From contig OZ076409.1 in assembly GCA_964187785.1 (NCBI GenBank), forward strand, positions 56,112,001-56,176,000: a stretch of 64,000 nucleotides of DNA. Direction: 5' to 3'. Below, piece by piece: positions 52,001 through 61,679 of this stretch. Made by a program: the position numbers and the translations under genes. The notes under the pieces are model-generated. The model did no database searches. It had not been told where the DNA came from and saw only the letters and a program-made list of their open reading frames with translations. Each line of letters starts with the position of its first letter. The stretch's first letter is position 1. The stretch comes from Amphiscolops sp. MND2022 (Eukaryota).

Positions 52001-52090
52001 TGTGATTGGCTGGCTCCTTGATAGGCTGTGATCTGTACTTCAACGAAATTTTGTTATTGTAGTACAGTTATCCATGACTTTGTCACGACA
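49015..52090 (-). mobile_element. Non-autonomous LTR element carrying only a truncated env (probably Ty3/gypsy-derived)
   Basis: 376-bp LTRs at 49015-49390 and 51715-52090 (6 mismatches seen); 5-bp TSD GACCC; minus-strand PBS-like TGGTGACAGGCG and PPT AAAAACGGGGAG. It is inserted in a diverged HINE-1. Confidence 0.92.
50305..51690 (-). pseudogene. Envelope glycoprotein remnant, class-I fusion (baculovirus F / errantivirus env-like)
   Basis: Heptad-like region, then SIPLASRQTVMTLYQAIP, EAEFLTVSEDG, LTRCIGSTRYSICHHG, SCLSLLFFG..KFC and GCRICI, and a C-terminal TM FLLGLGSFILSLLLHLLPMYLF. In-frame TAG at 51320-51322 and a later frameshift. Confidence 0.75.
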
Positions 52091-53549
52091 GACCCTTTGG
52101 GCTTTTTGAGAATCCAGTTTGTTGCAAAATATCAAAAATTGAAGAGGACCTTTTAGGGAGTTAAAATTTTCGAAAAAGCCTTACAAAGCCAAAATATGCA
52201 TAAAAAATTTGGTCAAATGCGAGTCACGAATCCAAGTCCTTCTGCTTTTTAGACCTCAAAAAATCATGATTAACCTCTGTGTCAAGTGACAGTAGAAGTT
52301 ACAAGTTGCTAAGCATATCAGTCAGTTCATCGGTCTGAGAAAAAGCAACTCAAGTACCGACTTAAAATGAAAACGCATAATTTCATTCGATATCATTTGA
52401 CCATAAAGTCTCAGGAGTCCAAGCGTCTCAAATTGTGACCGAATAATACATAGTAATATTTCAATTGGATAGCTAATGAAAATGACAAAAGAACCTAGAA
52501 TTCCAGGATTTTGAAATTTTCTTGCTTTTTCATGCAATATCCTAAAAACAACAACTGACAACGAAAAGCTACACTCAGTGCCATAGAGGAAATTGACAAA
52601 ATTTAGTTATGACACGGAAAAGTCTATTTCTCAACCGATCAAATTCCAAAAATAGCTTCATTCATCAATCACTCCACATTCGCAGCACATTTGTCATTAA
52701 ACTCAAGCCATGCAAGGATTTAAGCAACTAAAAAGAGAAACATGAAGTGTTCAAGAGCAATCCTGGCTTTTGAGAGAAAACTCTGAATCGGGTACTAGGA
52801 GATATAGATCAAAATTACCTCACGAAACAGGTTGTAACATTTAGAAATTGATACCTTGCAATAATTCAGTTGCAGTAATATGTATATTCGGTTCAAAGTC
52901 AACAATATCTAAACCTTTTCATCTATTCGAGGTTGTCACTATATTTCTTCACATGTACAATCACGGAAGTCTCAAAACATCATAAACGGTGGTGCGAAAA
53001 TAATTGAATTGAAATTACAGAATACAAATCAATAGTCTGTTGTCAAGCTCTCAAATATGAATCAAACCAGTCTTGCGTTTAATGTCCAGCACTATCAAAT
53101 GTATAGCAGAAAATCAGGAAAAGGGTTAGTGTAAAGCATTGCAAAACTATGAAAAAGAATACTGCATTTTGTGGTTCAAGTTTGCACATCCCTGAAATAA
53201 AATACTGCTCAAAATCTAAAACTCTTCGAAGTCATTGAAAAATTCTGAATTCAAGATTTCTCACTCTATATTTGAAAATGACACGTTTGAAAGAATTCTC
53301 ACATGACCTTGATGGAAAAGGATGCCTATAATAGAACAATAACCGATCAACTGCGCTAGTGAAAGGCCAGCGTAAATTTCGGATGTTTTTCAAGAACGTG
53401 TCATTCAGTCTTGATGACAAAAAGATGAAACGTATATTTATCTATAGTTCATAAAACATCAACTGCATGAAAGCTTTCTTGTAATGAGTGGTATGAATTG
53501 ACTGCAAGCTACGCTATCAAGATGACATGAGTGAGAAGTGATGGCAAGT

Positions 53550-54535
53550 TCAAAGTTCAGCAGATATTGCAGTAGCCTGTGACATCATATTGTTTCCCGC
53601 GAGATTCGAAGAACTGAAGTTGATTGGTTTGTAGGTTTTATTAGCATTCAAAGCAGATCTGAATCCCATGGGCCCTCGGTTTTCAACTCCTGTCATTCCA
53701 GGCATTGCCACACCTCCTCTGGGGGCTCCTGAAAACGAAACTGTAGAAGCAGGTCGAGAACCTGACAAGCTTGGAGTTTGGTCGTTACTGCCACTGTAAT
53801 TACCATACGCTCTGTTTTTGGACCTATCAATAGCTTGAAACGCGCTGGGTGCTTGCACTGAATTCTCTGATGGGTTATTCAAAGACAGTTGTGACAAATT
53901 TATAATTCTTTGAGGAGTAGCAATATTCGCCACTGGTTGTACAATGGTGTGCATCTTCTGCCGACGTTCATTCATAGCCGAAGCCTTGTTCATAGCTTCA
54001 GCCATTATTTCAGCGCCACTCTTCATTGTAGACTCCACTGGAATTCCTTCGGCAGCCGCCTCCCATGGTGTCAACTGTTTGATTACACTGGTCATCGAAG
54101 GAAGTCTTTCAGGTCTGGCTTGGTACATTCTCGAAAGACTCTGCTCCAGAGCATCTTCTGTGATACGCCCACTTTTAATCGCCTCCACAATTCCAAAACT
54201 TTTGCCCCGTCTGTTAGTTTCGTCAGTGACCCATTTGAGAGATTTTTCACACCGTTTCTGAAACATGTTGCTGCCACGACCACAAGAACTTCTCAAGTCC
54301 CGCACAATTTTCGCACACACACTGGGAGTCACGATGTTGTGTTCACATCTTTCGTCGTCGCTAAGGTCAACTTCAAAGTTGGTTGCTTTCACTACTCGAT
54401 GAGTTCCACTCTGAGGATCGAACACAGTATACTTCTGCTGCTGCTGTCTTCTGTTCTTCAGATTCTCCGCCTTCAGCAGCAAGTCTTCCGGATTCGGAGG
54501 AAGCGGTATTCCATGATTGATGTATTCAGTAGCCA
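53550..54535 (-). CDS. Synaptopodin/myozenin-motif protein, terminal coding exon
   Basis: Acceptor gttatag; long open frame with GRGSNMFQKRCEKSLKWVTDE and LTPWEAAA motifs; TGA at 53550. Confidence 0.7.
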
Positions 54536-55103
54536 CTATAACAAATCGAAAAAATGACAATGACTCCCGCCGCTTTCACTTGAACCACTTGATAAAGTAA
54601 ACGCTTTTCCTTCAATTCAATCAATTTTTGCAACAGTGTTCAGCTGATATGGAAGGTTTTGTTAGATGATTCAACATTGGTCTTTTTGACCAAAATTGTA
54701 TTCCCTTGGGAGCTCACTAATACTTCAGCAACTGCGAAAAATTCTAAAAGTTCATCTATCATTCCACATAGTTTTCAGGATATAATCAATCCATAAACAT
54801 TTCCAGAAAAAAATCTTCCAATTTCAAATAGATTTCATAATTTCGAACCAATCTAAATTTCTAAACCATTCTAAATTTTCAAGTCATAATCTTGGACTAA
54901 GTTTTGTCACTTGAATAAAAAACATTCAATAATAAAAGATAATGGCTTTCTGCATTCTCATTTGAAGCTCTTGGCAAACGATTAATAGTAAAACTCGTTC
55001 GCTGCACGTCAATGAAAAAGTTACATATTACATACACTACGAAAACTTCCGTTAAGATGAATGCAGTTTTTTTGCATCGCAGACAAAAATTCTTTGTACA
55101 AAC

Positions 55104-55403
55104 TTCTTTGAATTTTGTGCTCTTTAGCCCGCTCTTGCAAATCCTCCAGTGTACAGGGAGACTGTGCGAATTCCCGTGGCACTGCGTCATTTCTTCCATA
55201 CCCTTCCAGAGTGTACTGCGCTGCTCTTTCCTGTCGCTTCAAGAACATCTTGCCGCCCTTCGCGTTGGCATTCCTCGGGTCAAAGAGCGATCTCGACACT
55301 ACTTGAGCCATTGCCTTAAGTTGCTCCGGGGAGGGAAACAGATCTTTGGCATAGATACCAACTTGCCACGGTTTCTGTGGCGATGCAGGGATTGTTATTT
55401 CCT
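55104..55403 (-). CDS. Synaptopodin/myozenin-motif protein, internal exon
   Basis: Acceptor tttcag (phase 1); SLFDPRNANAKGGKMFLKRQERAAQYTLE. The donor position (gtttgt) is inferred from phase. Confidence 0.65.
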
Positions 55404-55565
55404 CTGAAACAAACAATTCATCAAATTTGTAATCCCAATATTTTGCCCTCACTAGCATATTCCTGCTAGAGGTGTACCGGACAACACCGGTATCCGGATT
55501 CCAGGAAAATGTCCTGTCCGGTATCCGGCCTGACTTTTTACAATGTCCGGCCGGATATTATCTTG

Positions 55566-55856
55566 AAACACAGAGGCGAAGCGGTGCTTCGCAACACATG
55601 ACGAAGACATTATTTTAATATGCGTATATATATTATTTTAATCGCATGCGTATATATTCAACAGTTCAACTTTGTTCAATAACGTCCCTATGGCACAGTG
55701 GTCAACACTTATGCCGTGCAATCGGGAGGCTGCAGGTTCGAATCTCTCAGGGGTTTTGGCTTTTGTCTAAAAGGCGCTCATTATGAAGTTGACTATTGTG
55801 GAAAAAAACTTTCTTAGCTGGACTGCAATGCACATTGACTTCGTCATGTGCAATAA
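55566..55856 (-). mobile_element. Helentron-type element, family 4, nested in the hAT MITE
   Basis: Perfect hairpin GCGAAGC-GGT-GCTTCGC (55576-55592); subTIR CACATGACGAAG (55595-55606) / CTTCGTCATGTG (55839-55850). Confidence 0.65.
55684..55754 (+). other. tRNA-derived segment (pseudo-tRNA or SINE-like head)
   Basis: A box TGGCACAGTGG at 55691-55701 and B box GGTTCGAATC at 55735-55744; stems poorly paired. Confidence 0.6.
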
Positions 55857-56301
55857 TGATCTCAAATAATCGGAATATCCAACTGTATGTGCATCGAAAA
55901 ATTGAATTTGTGACTGTGAATCAAAATTCGTTAAATTATGGCGGAGGGAAAATAGTTTTTCACCGCTCTGTGGTAAAAGCCTGCTTCGTTTTTCGTAATC
56001 ATCATTGCCCAATTCTAAAAATAGCCCTTCATCGCTTACAATTGAGGATAATGTCCGGTCCGGCCGGTATCCGCTTCAATCAGTCCTGTCTGGTTGTCCG
56101 GCCGGACGGAAATTTTCCTATCCGGTGCACCTCTAATTCCTGCACCCAAAAACAATACACGTGACTCATAAAAAAGGCGTCACAATTGCTACTAAGGCAT
56201 TCTAATGAAGTTTCAATATCGAAACTGATCATCAATCGAAAAGTGATTGATTTCAGGCCCTTTAAGTGAAAGCACAAAAGAGACAGAATAAGAGAGCTGA
56301 C

Positions 56302-56472
56302 CTCTCTTCGATTTGATGGGCTGCCAGTGACTAGCGCTGACTTGCAGGGGTCTGATGACATCCAGAGAAGTGACACTCGATCTTCTACTTCCCATTCCTC
56401 CCCCTCCGCCGAATCCAAGCTGCGATGGAGGTCTCGCTACAGGAGGCGGCGCCGCTTGTACCACTGGAGGCA
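56302..56472 (-). CDS. Synaptopodin/myozenin-motif gene, internal exon
   Basis: tttcag/gtcagc borders, 171 nt, phase 1/1, splices in frame to 55403; PPVVQAAPPPVARPPSQLGFGGGGG. Confidence 0.7.
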
Positions 56473-58987
56473 CTGAAATTAAACAATATTAATGAGAGAC
56501 CCGAAAAGAATGGAATTTTCACCATGCTTCGATGAAGATCCAGGGCTCCAGAACCAATTTTTGATATTTTATGCATCCTTTATATCCAATGTTCAGAATG
56601 GAGCATATGAAGCAAAGTAAGTAACCCTGGGCAATAGATGTTCTAGGAAAAAATTAAATGAAACCATGCCACGTCCAATGCAATGATTTGTACACACTTA
56701 ATCATGTTAGTTGAAGGTAGCACACTCATGGCAATTCAAAAATGTACCGAAACTGACGAAGTCATGCCTCCAAAAGAACCTTATAAAGATCCACTGATAA
56801 CCTTACTGAAAAGTTGACTCCTTCGCACTGTCAAAGAAAGCAAAGAAAAAACTACCCACTCATTATAGAAAAAGCACTGCAGACTAAACTCGAGCAAAAA
56901 CCTCAATCTGTGAAAATTGCTATGAAGTTAACCGGCATGTTTTTGAAGTAACACCCTTAAACTTCAACGTCACGCCGGCGTTCGCTTATTACCATTTAAA
57001 CAAGTTCGCCAACATGAACTGTGAAATAATGGTATTTACTTGCATGCTTTTGAGCATTAACTTGGCTGAGGCAAAGTTCTACTTCAACTGGAATGATAGT
57101 TGTTCAATTGCGAGAGCGTTACTTGAACAGTTGCGATAAGACTAGATGCCCGTTGGTTAGTTTCAGCTACATACAGAAAGCCTCGTTAAATCTGTCGCTA
57201 TGACCACTCCATATATAGCTACACCACACTGATTGGCGCGTAGAATTCTTTCCACGACTTTCATAACATTCCTTTCCAAACAAAGTATACTTGTGTGGCA
57301 AAGATATATTTCGAACAACATTGAGCAGAGGTACTGGCGGTGAAATGTTTAGACGCATATGCAGATTCCCACGGCGTAAACTCATACCTCTACATGATTT
57401 CCTAATTCAGGTTGATTCGAAGCAAAAAACTTTCAGGAAAAAATCACGAAGAAATCAAAGAATAATAAAGACTTTGCTCGATGGTATTAGCAGCACGCGT
57501 TTTCATGTGCTATATCATGAATCGAGGGATCAGCAATTTGACGAACAGCAAGTAAATTAAAATTTTAGAGCAATCTAGATAAGAAACCTTGTATATCTAG
57601 AGAAGAGACTTATCACATCGGGCGTGACAAATGTTGAAACTTTTTACGGAAGCCTCAGTGAGAAAAATTTCCAAGCCGCTTCTTTTCTAAACACTAACAC
57701 AGTAACTGATCTATGGCACATATATTATTAACATGATGTTTTTCACGTTTTTCTTTTTCGAGATTCCCAACATATTGGCGATTTGGTACGTTAATTGCAC
57801 CTGTTGACAATTGACTGAGACTATTCACAAATGGTGTCCTTTTGCCAGATAAATCCGCTCTCTAGTTGAAAGTGCTCAAACTATTACATGCCTTTATAGG
57901 TTGAAAGCAGGGACCGTTTTGCGCACGCCTCTAAAATTGCATAATGAGCGTATAATCGGCGTTCATCAAGAATGCGCATGTAAGTTGATAACCGAGGTTT
58001 ATTAGGAAAGAATTAGGAAAAAAATTCGGCTGACTTGATTAACAACTGAAATAGTCTTCAAAAGAAATGCAGCATTTGGGTCCCGCCGAAAGGAAAGATT
58101 TTCATTTTCAACTAGTAAAATTTGAGTCTTCTGCGACGGTGCAGCCCAAATGCTACATTTTATTAGGTTACCAAAAGATTCGATGTTTTTGTACATAAAT
58201 GCCAGTTTCTTTTGTTCGAGAAGACCAAAATACATTATAACCCATTTTCAAATGTTCTCTCAAGGTGAGAGAAAGCGGAAACCACAAAGTTGTCTTCAGG
58301 TGACTCCTAATAGTGTCTTGGGGACAAGCACTCAGAATTGCCGAAACACTTGCTCAAGTGAGATGGACTGATGTTTGGTTAATAAGACAGCAAGTGAGTC
58401 ACTCGAAATTGATTAATCTCATAGCAATTTAGTACATGGAAAATCAGCATGGAAACACAAGCTATAAAAGTACCTGGCTGATACGACATTGCACTTTCAA
58501 TGTTTGAATTCCGCGGGGTTATGCGATTGCGCTAAATAATGCAGCAAAATTGCCCATAAACATTTTATGACAGCTATCAAGAAAAGAAAATTTTCCATTA
58601 AATTTAAGTCACTACTGAACAAGAGAACCACAAATGTAATTGCCGTTTGAGTTTTCATTGAAGATTCCGTCGACAATTCAGAGAGAAATGTTTATACATT
58701 GTTACAAGCGGAATCCAACAAGGCCAAGAACAGACATTGTAAAGCCACTTGTAGAAACAAAGGCCCGCTTAATCTACTCAATGACAATTATGTTTTGCTA
58801 CAGCGAACACTACTTCTTGAGATAAAAACTCATTAATCTTACAGCACCGGAAAATAGTTGATTGGGGTACCCAATTGTCTCACAAAACGCTTTTTTCTAA
58901 CAATAACCATAAAAAAACTCAAAGTGGGACTTTGGAAGCGTCACAGTACGAAAATTTGGATCCTTCCGATTTTTCCAGGAGACTTAC

Positions 58988-59185
58988 TTGTCGACTTGAA
59001 GTGTAGCAGGAAATTTGTACAGGTTGTACTCTTTTGTTGGGGGACGCAGATCGGCTCTGGTTGTAAGCATGCGCTCCCACGCTTGAAAGCGAGGTCTGAC
59101 TGGCGAACATCTGCCGTCTCCTACCATCACCCAAACTTCCACTCATAGGCATACCACCTCCACCTCCAATCGACGATAAATCAGG
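58988..59185 (-). CDS. Exon, probably of the same gene
   Basis: ttttag/gtaagt borders, phase 0/0; PDLSSIGGGGGMPMSGSLGDG...SSRQ. Its phase does not match 56472, so an exon may be unseen. Confidence 0.6.
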
Positions 59186-59303
59186 CTAAAATTCAAATCG
59201 ATATTGAAGTTCATTACCACTGCATTAAGGTCTGAAATTTTTAAATCCAAAAATTGACTAGAATGAAGAAATTGAAGTGGTTAATGAACAAGTTCTACCA
59301 TAC

Positions 59304-59627
59304 CTTAGAATAACGCTTCCATGTCGCATATGGGTTAGTAGAATAGAGAGTGGGTCCGCTTTGGTCATAATTCGGTCGTCGAGTAACTCGTGGTCCTTCA
59401 TAAGTAGAATACCGCTCCGTGACAACTTCATTTCGGGAACCATTAGCTTGACTAAACCGATAGCTTTCATTAACACCTGTCCGTTTTTCATTGTCAAACG
59501 ATATGTTTGTGCTCGAACGGTATATTTCGTTAGTGCTCCCGTGTAGATTACGCTGATGATTTCCCAAATTCCCATAGGCATTCATCCCAACAAAAGATCC
59601 ACTGGGATTATAGGGGCGCATGGTCGA
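59304..59627 (-). CDS. Exon with the probable start codon (ATG 59621)
   Basis: ttttcag/gtatgg borders; MRPYNPSGSFVGMNAYGN...ATWKRYSK; splices in frame to 59185. Confidence 0.6.
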
Positions 59628-59699
59628 CTGAAAAAAATCATTACGATTTTGCTTAGATGGCGAACAATAGCTCAAGTCAACAGAAACATTGCTTCCTAT

Positions 59700-60120
59700 A
59701 TAAATATATAATAAATTCTAATTTGGCCCCTATTGCGGGCATTGTTTATCACATGTCAAACAGTATTAATTTCGTCAAATCTAACATGTTGTAAAGTATT
59801 TGTTTTGGTATTCAAAACCTTCCACTACTTTTTATAAATTCTATCAGTTCAATACAGTCATTTTTGTCATACAAGTTGAAGTTTCCTGAGGACAATTTTC
59901 TTGTAACCAAATTCCGGCAATCGAATAGAAAGTGGGTGGCAGTTTCTTCTGTTATGCGACAGGAGCACATCGGACTGGCAGTCGAGCTTCTGTTAGAGGC
60001 AAAGTTTTTCAGGGATGGATTGATGTCCAAGAGTACTTCGATGGCGATCCTCATGAGTTCCTTCTGCAAAGAGAGTTCTATCACGGCGGGGTCATTGTCT
60101 ACTCGAGGAACAATTTTTTA
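59700..60120 (-). mobile_element. 5'-truncated non-LTR retrotransposon (3' end)
   Basis: C-terminal CCHC motif CSC...ETATHFLFDC, ending FIKSSGRF*, then a short 3' UTR with a GC hairpin and AT-rich tail. Confidence 0.75.
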
Positions 60121-60149
60121 AAGGTTAGCTTCAATTCTGGGTATTGCCA

Positions 60150-60990
60150 ACTGGAGGGTGGCTGTAAATAGGTCGAATTTTTCTGGTCGAAAGGACAGAG
60201 GTCGAATCTTTTGATCGAATTGCAGGAATCGAATGGAATGCGGTCGAATTTTATCGTAATTTTTGTATGGCTCGGTCGCTTCGCTCCCTTCGCCAAGTAG
60301 CAACATTGAGGCATGGCCATATGGCACGTCGCTCCGCTTCGCTTCGCTCCTGCATTCAGGGCACTAGGGGAATGTGAACATATCTGACTACGTTATAAAA
60401 ATTTCGATCCGAGTTGTTTCGATCCCATTCAAAAATTTGGTATGTCGACCGGTTACCAGTCACTTGGCTTAATACCATAGGGCTTAAATTTTTCGTCGAG
60501 TCATTTGGCTTAAAAATTTCAAGCCAAGTGACCACAAAATTAAGCCAACTCCATTCCAACTCAAGGAATGAATATGTCAACTCCCGGAAATATCATAATG
60601 TGGGGCATATGCGGTGTATGCACGCTCGCCCTCACCGTCGCAAAGACCAGCTCCCACTACGATCGCTTCGCGATCTTCGTTCCCGCTAGGGGGTGGGCGG
60701 AAATAGGTCGAAGGAACGGAGATGGGCATATAAGCAGCCCCAAGGGGCCGCAGGGCACAAGAGGAAATGGGGACATATCCGAGGGGTACTTGATATGACA
60801 TGTTATAATAATACGCTGACTACGTTATGAAGATAAATTCGACAACATCTGCCACGTGTTTTCAACTAAGTGGTTTGAGGTCAAATGACTTTAAGCCAAG
60901 TGACCAATACCCGAGACACTTAGCTTAAAAAAATTAAGCCAAGTGACCAATTGTATTAAGCCAAGTGACCATTTACCCCACCCCCACTAT
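60150..60990. mobile_element. Composite of MULE/foldback-like terminal repeat arrays
   Basis: Repeated GGTCGAA motifs (60169-60250) and an inverted pair GTCACTTGGCTTAATAC / GTATTAAGCCAAGTGACC with multiple AAGCCAAGTGACC copies. No TSD found. Confidence 0.5.
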
Positions 60991-61047
60991 AGCAGTAGCA
61001 AGAAGGAACAACCAACAAATTACTCATACCAGCCATATATTTGGTAT

Positions 61048-61419
61048 AAAACTACCCTCTCTGCCGATTCCTCTCAGAAGGTGGTAGCTTCTTTCTAAAT
61101 CAAGGACAAGCAGTCCAACGCTGACTTCGAACCCCACCAAGTGTTCATGCGTCTGGTGCACATCGAATCACAGACTGAAACCTTCTTCGTTTGCGAGAAG
61201 TCTGGTGCTGGCTACGTGTTTGAGATGAAAGTGAAAGCCAATGAGAATGCCTTGAAAGCTCTGATCGGCGACTACGAGATGCATCTTATCGTAGGTGACG
61301 CTGTGATCACCAACTCGTTTTTGTGGAACTTGGCTAAGATTTCATTCCACTTCGCCGATGGAAAATCCTACGAAGAGCCCTCTTATGCTGCTGAGTTCAA
61401 GCCGAAACCTGAAATCCAT
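61048..61419 (+). pseudogene. RPN2: Ribophorin II (OST subunit) exon fragment with a premature stop
   Basis: KTTLSADSSQKVVASF*IKDK...EPHQVFMRL...GDYEMHLIVGDAVITNSFLWNLA...FKPKPEIH matches the RPN2 pattern PHQTFVRL..GTYTLYLIIGDA..NPILWNVA..FTPKQEI. TAA at 61096-61098; donor gtgagt at 61420. Confidence 0.8.
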
Positions 61420-61475
61420 GTGAGTGAATGCTATAAGTGGAGAATGTAGTTGTATGTGCTGTTCTAGCAATAACA

Positions 61476-61675
61476 NNNNNNNNNNNNNNNNNNNNNNNNN
61501 NNNNNNNNNNNNNNNNNNNNNNNNNNNNNNNNNNNNNNNNNNNNNNNNNNNNNNNNNNNNNNNNNNNNNNNNNNNNNNNNNNNNNNNNNNNNNNNNNNNN
61601 NNNNNNNNNNNNNNNNNNNNNNNNNNNNNNNNNNNNNNNNNNNNNNNNNNNNNNNNNNNNNNNNNNNNNNNNNNN
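61476..61675. other. Assembly gap (200 N)
   Basis: Run of N. Confidence 1.
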
Positions 61676-61679
61676 TAAA

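Larger units (their letters stand above)
55467..56135. mobile_element. hAT-type MITE in an intron
   Basis: TIR TAGAGGTG(T/C)ACCGGA; 8-bp TSD ATTCCTGC; many subterminal CCGG motifs. Confidence 0.92.

Noticed and set aside
53910..55407. Plus-strand ORFs of 215, 105 and 131 aa
   Set aside because: They are antisense to the minus-strand exons, which carry the splice sites and recognisable motifs.
55684..55754. Functional tRNA gene
   Set aside because: A and B boxes are present, but the acceptor, anticodon and T stems pair poorly and it lies inside nested transposons.
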